Shown in pieces: positions 1-9,986 of a stretch of DNA of 64,000 nt. Location of the stretch: the IMG/VR virus record IMGVR_UViG_3300028394_000044, positions 32,001 to 96,000 of that record; one strand, 5' to 3'. Numbering within the stretch: the stretch's first letter is position 1; each line of letters opens with the position of its first letter. The notes below the pieces were generated by a model. That model made no database searches. It was given only the letters and a program-made list of their open reading frames with translations, and was not told where the DNA came from. Both the position numbers and the translations under genes were made by a program. The stretch is from a virus.

Positions 1-853
1 AATTACCAGTGAGCAATTACTGGTTGAAGATTTGGTGATTGAAGCTATGCAAATTCATGGTATGGATGTATTCTATCTTCCTCGCATGACTGGAGATAGT
101 GTAGATTATATTTATGGTGAAGATACATTGAAACAATATCGTCAAGCATTACCTATAGAAATGTATCTAGAAAACGTTACAGGTATGGATGGTGAAGGCG
201 ATTTTATCTCTAAGTTTGGTCTTGAAATTCGAGATGAAGTTACTTTATTAGTATCTCGCCGTAGATTTGCGGCAACAGTAAAACAAATTAGACCTAATGA
301 AGGTGACTTGGTTTACATTCCATTGTTACAGAACTTTTTTGAAATTACATTTGTTGAACATGAAAACAATCAAGCAATGTTCTATACACTTGGTCGCGGA
401 CGTGGCGGCAACGTTTATGTTTACGCTTTGCGTATGAAACAATTTGTCTTCTCTGAAGAAATTATTTCTACCGGTATTGAAGAGGTTGATGGTCAGATAT
501 TTGATTCATATAAACGCACTAAATTGATACTTGCAAACACTGGTTCAGGTTCATTCTTGCCAACAGAAAGTGTGTACCAAGGAACATCATTGGCAACATC
601 AACAGCGCAAGCTGTGGTGTATTCTTATTCACCACATTCTGAAATTATGGTTATTCAACTTCAAGGAACATTTGCTAATGGAGCCAATGTGATTGGTGCT
701 ACGAGCGGTGCTTCACGACCAATTATTCAAGAAGATACTTGGACTCAAGTGGGCAATACTATGTTTGAAGAACTTGCAGATAACACAAGATTAGAAAATG
801 AAGGTAAAGACATTATTGATTTTACAGAACATAATCCATTTGGTGAAGCCTGA
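1..853 (+). CDS. gp14: Neck/head-completion protein gp14 (5' end lies outside the window)
   Basis: Frame open from position 2. Motifs 'IEMYLENVTG..GEGDFISKFGLEIRDE', 'PNEGDLVY' and C-terminal 'DFTEHNPFGE'; lies directly before gp15. Confidence 0.88.
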   Translation, partial: ITSEQLLVEDLVIEAMQIHGMDVFYLPRMTGDSVDYIYGEDTLKQYRQALPIEMYLENVTGMDGEGDFISKFGLEIRDEVTLLVSRRRFAATVKQIRPNEGDLVYIPLLQNFFEITFVEHENNQAMFYTLGRGRGGNVYVYALRMKQFVFSEEIISTGIEEVDGQIFDSYKRTKLILANTGSGSFLPTESVYQGTSLATSTAQAVVYSYSPHSEIMVIQLQGTFANGANVIGATSGASRPIIQEDTWTQVGNTMFEELADNTRLENEGKDIIDFTEHNPFGEA

Positions 854-1851
854 TGTTAAATAACGATCACTTTTACAACCGAACAATAAGAAAAGTTATT
901 GTTGCATTTGGTAGTGTGTTTAATGATATTGAAATTATTCGTTATAATAAAGCACAAACTACAGAGTATGAAAGAATTCGTGTTCCATTGTCCTATGGAC
1001 CAAAAGAAAAATATTTAACTCGCATTACTACTGATCCAAATTTGACAAAATCTATTGCTACTATGGTTCCACGTATTGGATTTGACTTATCTAGTTTATC
1101 GTATGACGTTAATAGAAAATTAAATACTATGTCCAGAAATACAGCCATTCAAAACAATGGTTCCATTGCTGGACAATACAATCCAGTTCCATACGATTTT
1201 GATTTTGACATGGCAATTTATGTCAGAAACATTGAAGATGGTACTCAAATTCTTGAACAAATTCTTCCATTTTTTACCCCAGATTTTACAGTCACTGTGA
1301 ATCTAAATGAAGCGATGGGTAGAAAATATGATATGCCTATTATTTTAAATTCAGTTTCTTCTGAAATTGATTATGAGAGTGATATGACTACAACAAGATT
1401 GGTCATGTGGAATCTTTCATTTACAGCTAAAGGTTATATTTTTCCTGCCGTAAAAACAGATGCCAAAATAATTAACCGAGCTAACACCAATTTTTATATT
1501 GACAGTAGAAATACACAAAGTCAACAAGTGTATGTTGATAAAGCAAACAGTTCTGGGGTGTTTACAACAAACGAAACTTATCGAGAAATTGCTACAGGCA
1601 AAACTGGAACAATTGTTTATTATGCAAACAATACAACAGGATCATTAGTAGTTACGAATGTATCAGATTTATTGGATGAGGGTGATGAAATTATTGGTGA
1701 TTATTCTCACTCTAGAGCAATCATAAATACAGTAGATGTTAATCCATTAAAAACAGTTTCTGTAGTTATTACAACAAATCCTTATGGTAAATTACCCAAT
1801 AGTGATTTTGGTTATATAACAACAAGAAAAGAGTTTCCAAAAACAATATGA
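853..1851 (+). CDS. gp15: Tail terminator / sheath stabiliser gp15
   Basis: 'FYNRTIRK..VAFGSVFNDI', 'VPLSYGPKEK', 'QILEQILPFFTP'; T4 synteny. Confidence 0.9.
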   Translation: MLNNDHFYNRTIRKVIVAFGSVFNDIEIIRYNKAQTTEYERIRVPLSYGPKEKYLTRITTDPNLTKSIATMVPRIGFDLSSLSYDVNRKLNTMSRNTAIQNNGSIAGQYNPVPYDFDFDMAIYVRNIEDGTQILEQILPFFTPDFTVTVNLNEAMGRKYDMPIILNSVSSEIDYESDMTTTRLVMWNLSFTAKGYIFPAVKTDAKIINRANTNFYIDSRNTQSQQVYVDKANSSGVFTTNETYREIATGKTGTIVYYANNTTGSLVVTNVSDLLDEGDEIIGDYSHSRAIINTVDVNPLKTVSVVITTNPYGKLPNSDFGYITTRKEFPKTI

Positions 1852-2234
1852 AAAATAGTGACCAAAAATTATCGGATATTTTTGATATTGCGCCTGCAAT
1901 AAATGTAACACCTGCGCTTGTGCCTATTGTGGATGAGGGGGTTGAATCTGATTTTGCTTTTGCTAGAAAAAATATTAGAGATTTGGTAGAAAAAGGAAAT
2001 ACAGCGGTTGATAATATACTTCAAGTTGCATCGGCTACAGATCATCCAAGAGCATATGAAGTTGCATCTAACATGATTAAACAACTTGGAGAGTTAAATC
2101 GTGATTTACTTTCTCTACAAAAAATGCGTAAAGAATTATCTCCTCAAGCATTACAAACAACTGTTAATGTTGATAAGGCAGTATTTGTTGGATCAACAGC
2201 GGAATTAATTAAACAAATCAAAGGAATCCAATAA
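1848..2234 (+). CDS. gp16: Terminase small subunit
   Basis: 'HPRAYEVA' and 'FVGSTAEL' motifs; precedes the large terminase. Confidence 0.9.
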   Translation: MKNSDQKLSDIFDIAPAINVTPALVPIVDEGVESDFAFARKNIRDLVEKGNTAVDNILQVASATDHPRAYEVASNMIKQLGELNRDLLSLQKMRKELSPQALQTTVNVDKAVFVGSTAELIKQIKGIQ

Positions 2235-2668
2235 TGGATACACTCATTCAACAACTAAAAGTTATTCTTGGTACAAATTTTGCACTGTATTTTAAGTCAC
2301 ATGGTTTCCATTGGAACATTGAGGGTTCAAATTTTCCACAGTATCACGATTTCTTAAATAATTTTTATACTGCTGTATTTGCACAAACTGATACTATTTC
2401 AGAACATATTCGTTATCTTGGTTCATATTCACCAGGATCGTTAGCTAGAATGTTAGAGCTTGCAGACATTCAAGAATCGACTAATATTCCAGATGCACTA
2501 AGCATGATGACAGAATTGAAAGCGGATAATGATAGATTCATTTATCATTTGAGAGCAGGCATTCAAGCCGCGGAAAATGCACAAGAACCTGCGGTGTCAA
2601 ATTTTCTACAAGACTTATTGGGTAACCATCAAAAACAAGCATGGATGTTAAGAAGCATTATTAAGTAA
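2234..2668 (+). CDS. dps: Dps-family ferritin-like protein
   Basis: 'HGFHWNIEG.NF.QYHDFL' and 'D..SEHIR.LG' ferroxidase residues; C-terminal 'H.KQAWML'. Confidence 0.9.
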   Translation: MDTLIQQLKVILGTNFALYFKSHGFHWNIEGSNFPQYHDFLNNFYTAVFAQTDTISEHIRYLGSYSPGSLARMLELADIQESTNIPDALSMMTELKADNDRFIYHLRAGIQAAENAQEPAVSNFLQDLLGNHQKQAWMLRSIIK

Positions 2669-2669
2669 T

Positions 2670-4304
2670 ATGGAATTAGGTGGATATCAAGGTAACTCAA
2701 AACTCAAACGTGGTGGTATTGAAATTGAATACACACATGAACAGTTAATTGAAATTACAAAGTGCATTAAAGATCCAGTATATTTTATTAAAAATTACAT
2801 GAAAATTGTGAACGTAGATCACGGTCTTGTTCCTTTTAATATGTGGCCATTTCAAGAAGAAATGGTTAAAAGTTTTCATGTAAATAGATTTACTATTGCA
2901 AAAATGCCGCGGCAGGTTGGTAAAACAACCACAACAGCAGGATACATGCTTTGGTCCATATTATTCCAAGATGATTATAAGATTGCTATTCTAGCCAACA
3001 AAGGCGATTTGGCACGTGATATTCTTGGTCGGATTAAGTATGCTTACGAATATCTTCCTTTGTGGATGCAACAGGGCATCATGGAGTGGAACAAAGGTAA
3101 TATTGTACTAGAAAATGGTTCTGAAATTTCAGCATATGCTACTAGCGCAAGTGGTGTTCGTGGTGGATCATACAACTTAATCTTTTTGGATGAGTTTGCA
3201 TTCGTTCCACATAACATGGCGGAAGAATTCTTTACTTCTACATATCCGGTTATTTCATCTGGTAAAACAACAAAGGTTATTATTGTTTCAACACCACATG
3301 GACTGAATCAATTCTACCGTATGTGGACCGATGCAGTTGAGAAACGTTCAACTTATATTCCATTAGAAGTACATTGGTCTATGGTTCCAGGTAGAGATGC
3401 CGATTGGAGAGAAGAGACAATTAGAAACACCAGTGAAGAACAATTTAGGCAGGAATTTGAAACTGAGTTTATCGGTTCATCCGCTACATTAATTCCTGGT
3501 GCTAAATTGAAGATGTTGACCTTCTTTTCCCCACAAAGCTCACACGAAAATCATGACATTTATGAAGAACCAAAAACTGGTCACACATATGTTTCTGTAG
3601 TTGATTGTGCTGAAGGTGTAAACAGAGACTATTCTGTGGTTTCTGTATTTGATGTTACCGAGATTCCATATAGACATGTAGCTAAGTTTAGGGATAATAA
3701 ATTATCTCCATTGATTTTTCCAACATATGTTTATAATATTGCAATGCGATATAATCGAGCATACGTTTTAGTAGAAACTAATAGTGTTGGTCAACAAGTT
3801 GTAGACATTTTACATTATGATTTGGAATATGAGAACATTTTCCGTATCGAAAGTCATGAAGTTAAAGGTCAACATATCGCTTCAGGCTTTAAAAAAGGTG
3901 CAGCTTATGGAGTAAAAACTTCAAAAACTGTAAAAAAGATTGGTTGTGCAAACTTAAAAACTTTAATTGAAACTGATAAATTAATTACTAATGATTTTGA
4001 CACCATTGCAGAACTAAATACATTTGTACGAAATAAAGACTCCTACGAAGCTGAAGAAGGTAACAATGACGATATTGTTATGACTTTGGTGCTTTTTTCT
4101 TGGTTAACTGCACAAAGTTACTTCAGAGAAATTACAGACTCTGATGTTAGACAAAGATTGTTGGATGAAAGAAATCTTCAACTTGAAGATGAAATGCTTC
4201 CAGTTGGAATGCTTGATGATGGTCTGGAAGAACAAAAAGAATTTGATGGACAAGATTTATGGTCTTCTGTTAAAGACCGTGGCTATCTAACCTCAAGTTT
4301 ATAA
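2670..4304 (+). CDS. gp17: Terminase large subunit
   Basis: Walker A 'PRQVGKTT', Walker B 'FLDEFAF', 'STP' coupling motif, nuclease domain 'DCAEG' and 'NDDIVM'. Confidence 0.97.
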   Translation: MELGGYQGNSKLKRGGIEIEYTHEQLIEITKCIKDPVYFIKNYMKIVNVDHGLVPFNMWPFQEEMVKSFHVNRFTIAKMPRQVGKTTTTAGYMLWSILFQDDYKIAILANKGDLARDILGRIKYAYEYLPLWMQQGIMEWNKGNIVLENGSEISAYATSASGVRGGSYNLIFLDEFAFVPHNMAEEFFTSTYPVISSGKTTKVIIVSTPHGLNQFYRMWTDAVEKRSTYIPLEVHWSMVPGRDADWREETIRNTSEEQFRQEFETEFIGSSATLIPGAKLKMLTFFSPQSSHENHDIYEEPKTGHTYVSVVDCAEGVNRDYSVVSVFDVTEIPYRHVAKFRDNKLSPLIFPTYVYNIAMRYNRAYVLVETNSVGQQVVDILHYDLEYENIFRIESHEVKGQHIASGFKKGAAYGVKTSKTVKKIGCANLKTLIETDKLITNDFDTIAELNTFVRNKDSYEAEEGNNDDIVMTLVLFSWLTAQSYFREITDSDVRQRLLDERNLQLEDEMLPVGMLDDGLEEQKEFDGQDLWSSVKDRGYLTSSL

Positions 4305-4307
4305 AAA

Positions 4308-4315
4308 CATAAATA
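4308..4315 (+). promoter_or_regulatory. T4-type late promoter (CATAAATA) for the tail sheath
   Basis: One mismatch to TATAAATA; intergenic, upstream of an AAGGAG RBS. Confidence 0.6.
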
Positions 4316-4360
4316 GAATAATGAAACTAGTTCTATAAAATAAATAAAAGGAGAACATAA

Positions 4361-6025
4361 ATGGCTTTTCAATTATCACCTGGTGTTCAAGTATCCGAAG
4401 TAGATTTGACAACAGTTGTCCCTTCAGTAGCTACTACTGTTGGAGCTATTGTTGGTGGATTTTCTTGGGGACCTGCAAACACTATTACCACTATTAGCAA
4501 CGAGATTCAACTTGTTGATAGATTTGGTAAACCTGATGCGAATACATACGAAACTTTCTATACTGCTGCTAATTTTTTGTCTTATGGTCAAGACTTGAGA
4601 GTTATTCGGATGGTTGGTGCAGGCGCAAAAAACGCTGTAGCAAACGCTAATGCAAGCACAGTTTTGATTGAAAATCGTACTTCTTACGAACAATCTTACA
4701 GTTCAAACACTTCATCTATATTTAATGCTAAGTATGCTGGCGCATTAGGTAACTCCATCAAAGTTTCTATTGCAGATTCTAATACATTTAGCTCATGGAC
4801 ATATTCATCTAATTTCGACTCTACTCCAGCGACTACAGTGTGGGCATCAGATCGCAGTTCTTCAAATGATGAAATGCACATTATTGTTATTGATACTAAT
4901 GGTAGAATCAGCGGTATTGCTGGTACAATTTTAGAAAAATATCCTTTTGTTTCTAAAGCATCCGATGCTAAAAATCCAGATGGTTCTAGCAACTATTACA
5001 AAGAGGTTATTAATTCTAAATCTAAATACCTATGGTGGGCTGGCCACATGAAAGCTAACTGGGGTACAGATTCTAGTGGTGCGGTTTCATATTCAGTTAT
5101 GACAACACCATTTACTGCTACTCTATCTGGTGGGGTTGATGCTACTCCTTCTACTGGTAACACAAACTTTGGCTATGGTACTTTTGCTAATCCTGATTCT
5201 ATTGATGTTTCTCTAATCATGGCAGGCAATGGTGGTGCAACTACAGTTAACTATCTAATTTCTATTGCAGAAAGTCGTAAAGATTGTTTAGTGTTTGCTT
5301 CTCCATTGAAAACAGATTGTGTAGATAGTGTTGGTTCTGAATCTGCCGAGATTATTGCAACAGCAGGAACTTATACAAAATCTAGTTATGCAGTTATGGA
5401 TTCCGGTTGGAAATATCAATACGACAAATACAATGACGTATATCGTTGGGTACCATTGAATGGTGACATTGCTGGGTTGTGTGTACGTACTGACATTGAA
5501 CGTGATCCTTGGTTCTCACCAGCAGGTTTGAATCGTGGTATTATTAAGAACGTTATTCGCTTGGCTTGGAATCCAACTAAAGCTGAACGTGATGACTTGT
5601 ATAAAAACGGCGTTAACCCAGTTGTTTCTTTCCCAGGTGAAGGCACAATCCTTTACGGTGATAAGACTCTTCTGAACCGTCCTTCTGCATTTGACCGTAT
5701 TAACGTTCGTAGACTTTTCATTGTACTTGAAAAATCAATTGCAAAAGCTGCTCGCTCTTCTATGTTCGAATTTAATGATGAATTTACTCGTGCAGCATTC
5801 GTTAACTTGGTAGAACCATATTTGCGTAATGTACAAGGTCGCCGAGGCATCTATGACTTTAAAGTTGTGTGCGATACTACAAACAATACGGGTGAAGTTA
5901 TTGACCAAAATCAATTCATTGGTGATATTTACATCAAACCAGCTCGTTCAATCAACTACATTCAATTGAATTTCACTGCGGTACGTACCGGCGTGAACTT
6001 CTTTGAGATTGTTGGAAAAGCGTAA
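4361..6025 (+). CDS. gp18: Tail sheath protein
   Basis: 'SPGVQVSEVDLT', 'PWFSPAG', 'FDRINVRRLF', 'KPARSINYI'. Confidence 0.97.
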   Translation: MAFQLSPGVQVSEVDLTTVVPSVATTVGAIVGGFSWGPANTITTISNEIQLVDRFGKPDANTYETFYTAANFLSYGQDLRVIRMVGAGAKNAVANANASTVLIENRTSYEQSYSSNTSSIFNAKYAGALGNSIKVSIADSNTFSSWTYSSNFDSTPATTVWASDRSSSNDEMHIIVIDTNGRISGIAGTILEKYPFVSKASDAKNPDGSSNYYKEVINSKSKYLWWAGHMKANWGTDSSGAVSYSVMTTPFTATLSGGVDATPSTGNTNFGYGTFANPDSIDVSLIMAGNGGATTVNYLISIAESRKDCLVFASPLKTDCVDSVGSESAEIIATAGTYTKSSYAVMDSGWKYQYDKYNDVYRWVPLNGDIAGLCVRTDIERDPWFSPAGLNRGIIKNVIRLAWNPTKAERDDLYKNGVNPVVSFPGEGTILYGDKTLLNRPSAFDRINVRRLFIVLEKSIAKAARSSMFEFNDEFTRAAFVNLVEPYLRNVQGRRGIYDFKVVCDTTNNTGEVIDQNQFIGDIYIKPARSINYIQLNFTAVRTGVNFFEIVGKA

Positions 6026-6053
6026 TAAATAAGAGAGAACAGGAGAAAACTAA

Positions 6054-6599
6054 ATGGCTTTCAATATTAACCAATTCCGCTCTCAAATGCAGGGCGATGG
6101 CGCCCGCCCAAATTTATTTGAGGTAACATTACCCTTTCCAGGATTCGCATTGCCTGGCACCGCACTAACTAAATTAAGTTTCATGTGCAAAACTGCTCAG
6201 TTGCCTGGTTCTACAGTTAACACAGTTCCTGTCCAATATTTTGGACGTGAATTAAAGTTTGCTGGTAATAGAACTTTCCAAGACTGGACTATCACAGTTA
6301 TCAATGATGAAGATTTTATTATCCGTAATGCTTTTGAGCGTTGGATGAATGGTCTAAATAGTCATGCATTGAACGTTCGTAATCCAGCGGCTGCTACACC
6401 AAGTAGTTACACCGTTGATTCAGAAGTACGTCAATATAGTAAGGCTGGGAATATTCTGAAGAAATACAAATTCATTGGAATGTTTCCTACGGATGTTGCA
6501 CCAATTGATGTTGATTGGGGTTCTAATGATACTATCGAAGAATTCTCAGTTACTTTATCATTCCAATGGTGGGAATCCGCAGAGGACTTAGTAGCCTAA
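6054..6599 (+). CDS. gp19: Tail tube protein
   Basis: 'GARPNLFEV', 'GRELKFAGNRTF..WTITVINDEDF', 'IEEFSVT'. Confidence 0.95.
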   Translation: MAFNINQFRSQMQGDGARPNLFEVTLPFPGFALPGTALTKLSFMCKTAQLPGSTVNTVPVQYFGRELKFAGNRTFQDWTITVINDEDFIIRNAFERWMNGLNSHALNVRNPAAATPSSYTVDSEVRQYSKAGNILKKYKFIGMFPTDVAPIDVDWGSNDTIEEFSVTLSFQWWESAEDLVA

Positions 6600-6604
6600 T
6601 TTGA

Positions 6605-6629
6605 GAGGGAGGATATCTCCCTCATTTTT
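6605..6629 (+). terminator. Rho-independent terminator after gp19
   Basis: GAGGGAG...CTCCCTC stem followed by ATTTTT. Confidence 0.7.
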
Positions 6630-6652
6630 GTAATGAAAAGGAAATAAATCGG

Positions 6653-8326
6653 ATGGCAATCAAACTTTTTGGTTTCAGCATCGGCGGTAAGGATATTATT
6701 CAAAGAGAAGTCCCTGAACAGGCTTCTTTTGCCTTGCCAACGGATGCTTTGGATGATGGTGCAGTTACCATTACTCAAAATGCTCATTATGGAACATATG
6801 TTGACTTAGAAGGTTCAGTACGAAATGAGCTAGAATTAATTTCACGTTATCGTGAAATGTCTAATCATCCAGAATGTGACCAAGCAGTAACCGAGATTGT
6901 TGATGAAGCAATCACACATGATGATAACGGTAAAGTTGTAGATATTATTCTTGACAAACTTAAACAACCTGAATCTATCAAAAAGAAAATCAGAGATGAA
7001 TTTGACACTGTTTTAAAAATGTTAAATTTCTCTAACCTAGCAGATGATATTTTCAGACGCTGGTATATTGACGGTAGAATTTACTACCACGTTATAGTTA
7101 ATGAAAAGAACCCTAAAGAGGGTATTCAGGAATTGCGTTATATTGATCCACGTAAAATCCGTAAGGTACGTGAAGTTCAAAAGGGGCGTGATCTAAAAAC
7201 TGGTGCTGACATTATCAAATCTGTTGCTGAATATTACATGTATAATGATAAAGGTAGTGCTACACAGTCATTTACAGCTTCTGCTAATCAAGGTCTAAGA
7301 ATTGCACCAGATTCAGTTATTAATGTTAACTCTGGTTTGATGGATGCAAAAAACACTTTCGTTATTTCGTTCTTACATAAAGCAATTAAGCCACTTAACC
7401 AGTTGCGTATGATTGAAGATGCGGTTGTTATTTACCGTATTTCAAGGGCACCTGAACGCCGTATTTTTTATATTGACGTTGGTAACTTACCAAAAGGTAA
7501 AGCAGAACAATATCTACGTGACGTTATGATAAAGTACAAAAATAAAATGGTGTATGATGCACAGACTGGTGAATTGCGTGATGACCGTAAGCACATGTCT
7601 ATGTTGGAAGATTTTTGGTTACCTCGCCGTGAAGGTGGTAAAGGTACTGAAATTACAACTTTACCAGCAGGTCAAAACCTAGGTCAAATTGAAGACGTAC
7701 AATATTTCCAAAAGAAACTATTGCAATCCATGAATGTTCCTTACTCACGTATGGAACCACAGGGTGGAGGTATGGTTGGTCTAGGTCGTAGTAGTGAAGT
7801 AACTAGAGATGAATTAAAGTTCAATAAATTTGTTACAAAAGTTCGTAATAAATTTTCACAGCTATTTGACCATGCTTTAAAGATTCAATTGAGTTTAAAA
7901 GGTATTTGTACTCAAGAAGAATGGGAAGAATTAAGAGAAAATATTTTCTACGATTACAAAAAAGATAATAACTTTACTGAATTAAAAGAAGCCGAATTGT
8001 GGCAGAACAGACTACAGATGTTGGGTCAAGTTGATCCGTATGTTGGTCGCTATTTCTCACAAGAATGGGTAAAAAGAAACATTCTTCATTTATCGGATGA
8101 AGAACTAGAAGAAATGCAAAAGCAGATTGATTCTGAACCTGAACCGGAGCAATTGGGACCAGATGGTAACCCAATGCAACAAGGTCAAGAACAAGAACAA
8201 CCTCAAGTTGATCCTAACCAATATCCTCCTGAGGATAATGTTAGTGATAAGAATTCTACAGAATCAGAAACACCAGAACTTGATAGTGTAACGGGTAGAT
8301 TTAGTAGAGTACTAAGTAAAAAATAA
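6653..8326 (+). CDS. gp20: Portal protein
   Basis: 'YRISRAPERRIFYIDVGNLPK.KAEQY', 'EDFWLPRREGGKGTEITTLP'. Confidence 0.97.
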   Translation: MAIKLFGFSIGGKDIIQREVPEQASFALPTDALDDGAVTITQNAHYGTYVDLEGSVRNELELISRYREMSNHPECDQAVTEIVDEAITHDDNGKVVDIILDKLKQPESIKKKIRDEFDTVLKMLNFSNLADDIFRRWYIDGRIYYHVIVNEKNPKEGIQELRYIDPRKIRKVREVQKGRDLKTGADIIKSVAEYYMYNDKGSATQSFTASANQGLRIAPDSVINVNSGLMDAKNTFVISFLHKAIKPLNQLRMIEDAVVIYRISRAPERRIFYIDVGNLPKGKAEQYLRDVMIKYKNKMVYDAQTGELRDDRKHMSMLEDFWLPRREGGKGTEITTLPAGQNLGQIEDVQYFQKKLLQSMNVPYSRMEPQGGGMVGLGRSSEVTRDELKFNKFVTKVRNKFSQLFDHALKIQLSLKGICTQEEWEELRENIFYDYKKDNNFTELKEAELWQNRLQMLGQVDPYVGRYFSQEWVKRNILHLSDEELEEMQKQIDSEPEPEQLGPDGNPMQQGQEQEQPQVDPNQYPPEDNVSDKNSTESETPELDSVTGRFSRVLSKK

Positions 8327-8336
8327 GGAGTAGATT

Positions 8337-8492
8337 ATGGAAACAAGAGATTTTATTGATTTATTAGGAGCTGGTGAAGCATCCGAAGCTAAAAATGCTT
8401 TGGAAGAATTGCTCTCAGCTAAAGCATTTGATGCATTAGAAACAAAAAAACAAGAAATTGCATCCACACTTTTCACTACACAAGAAACATAA
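8337..8492 (+). CDS. Small prohead core protein, gp67-like (51 aa, below the ORF-track cutoff)
   Basis: TAAGGAG RBS; ATG 8337 to TAA 8492 reads METRDFIDLLGAGEASEAKNALEELLSAKAFDALETKKQEIASTLFTTQET; gp67 position after the portal. Confidence 0.7.
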   Translation: METRDFIDLLGAGEASEAKNALEELLSAKAFDALETKKQEIASTLFTTQET

Positions 8493-9187
8493 TGAAATCT
8501 TTACAAGAATTTAAATTAATTTCTGAGGAAGAAAAACAAGACTTCACTAAGTTTGATGCGCTTGTTCGTGCAGGTTTAGCCAATAAAGCACAACTTCAAA
8601 GATTGCATAAAATTCTCAGTAAAATGTCGGAAGAAAAACCTAATTTTTCACCAGCAGATAAAGCTATTATACAAAATGTATTTTCGAAAATGGTTGATTT
8701 GATTACTAATAATCCTCAAATTAATCGCCAAGTACGTAAGGCGGTTAATGAGAATGTTCATGATACTTCAGATTTCAAACTTGATGCTACAGGCAGAAAA
8801 GTCAAGGCACACAGGTTTAAAATAGGCAAAGATGAAACAATTGAAGAATCGATTAGTAATCAACCTCCCTACGTTATTGTTCTTAAAAGAACAGCAATTC
8901 GTTTGTATCCTAATGGAACAAAAGTTGCAACTTATTATAGTCAACGTTTAAATAAAGAATTTGCTATACCTTTTAGTGAAGATTCACTAAATATACAATC
9001 AGAAGGTTACGTTGTAGATTTTGATGACGGTGAATTTGTATTGGTAGATTTTGATACGGCATCAATAATGAATCAAGTATATGAATCCTTGAATAATGCA
9101 AACAAAGATAAATTTGCTAATATGATGCATGAATCTTTAGAACAATTTGAAAAGGCAAAATCTTTTGCTCTGAGTAAAACTAAATGA
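8492..9187 (+). CDS. Hypothetical prohead/internal head protein
   Basis: Coupled start/stop within the head operon; N-terminus MKSLQEF..ISEE resembles a capsid-targeting leader. Confidence 0.6.
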   Translation: MKSLQEFKLISEEEKQDFTKFDALVRAGLANKAQLQRLHKILSKMSEEKPNFSPADKAIIQNVFSKMVDLITNNPQINRQVRKAVNENVHDTSDFKLDATGRKVKAHRFKIGKDETIEESISNQPPYVIVLKRTAIRLYPNGTKVATYYSQRLNKEFAIPFSEDSLNIQSEGYVVDFDDGEFVLVDFDTASIMNQVYESLNNANKDKFANMMHESLEQFEKAKSFALSKTK

Positions 9188-9624
9188 GATTAATTGACTT
9201 CATATTTGAAGGTAGAGCTGTAGAAGCAAGAGAAGAAATTTTTTCTCGCTTAAATGATATTGTAGCTAAACGTTTAGAAGAAGCAAAGCAAATTATTGCA
9301 ACACATATATATGAAGAGATAGAGATTCTTGATGAAGCTCCTTCACGTAATATTATTAGACAAGGTAGAGTTGAAAAGATTCGCCGTAGAATTAGACGTA
9401 ATTCACAAGGACGAATTGTAGTTCAACGTAACGTTAAACGTTCTGCTCTAAAAGGATTTAAAATTTCTGGAAATACTGTAAAAAGAATACCTGCTATGCA
9501 ACGTATTCAAAAGACCAGAAAGTTGAAAAGATATTGGAAAACAAAAGGTAGGGCTAAAATGAATAGAACATTATTAAAAAGAAAAATGTCAATTCGCCGC
9601 CGCACATCAATGGGAATAAAATAA
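9184..9624 (+). CDS. Prohead core protein, gp68-like
   Basis: Acidic N-terminal half, very basic C-terminal half ending 'KRKMSIRRRTSMGIK'; located before the protease. Confidence 0.65.
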   Translation: MRLIDFIFEGRAVEAREEIFSRLNDIVAKRLEEAKQIIATHIYEEIEILDEAPSRNIIRQGRVEKIRRRIRRNSQGRIVVQRNVKRSALKGFKISGNTVKRIPAMQRIQKTRKLKRYWKTKGRAKMNRTLLKRKMSIRRRTSMGIK

Positions 9625-9625
9625 A

Positions 9626-9985
9626 ATGTCATATGAAGTAAACAATACTCTGAGGGGCACAAGTGTAATTCGTGTAGTTGATCCTGGCACGTATACAATT
9701 ACTTTAGCAAACCTTTCTTCTAATACACAATTAGAGACGGTTAGTGCAGCAAACATTAAACGTATTCAATGGTCATCAAATGGTTACATCAATATCGGTC
9801 GGGGTGCTACACCAACTCCAATGTTGGCATTATCTCAATCTGGTGAAATGTATTTTGATACATTAGGATATTCATTAGCAAACACCAATACGGGTAACGT
9901 TGTTGTTACCGTTGTAACGGGTGGCACTGTTGTTATGGAAGTATCTAAGATTGCAACTTATTCAACCAACTTGGATAATACGTAA
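9626..9985 (+). CDS. Hypothetical virion-associated protein
   Basis: 119-aa beta-rich ORF filling the gap between gp68-like and gp21. Confidence 0.55.
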   Translation: MSYEVNNTLRGTSVIRVVDPGTYTITLANLSSNTQLETVSAANIKRIQWSSNGYINIGRGATPTPMLALSQSGEMYFDTLGYSLANTNTGNVVVTVVTGGTVVMEVSKIATYSTNLDNT

Positions 9986-9986
9986 C

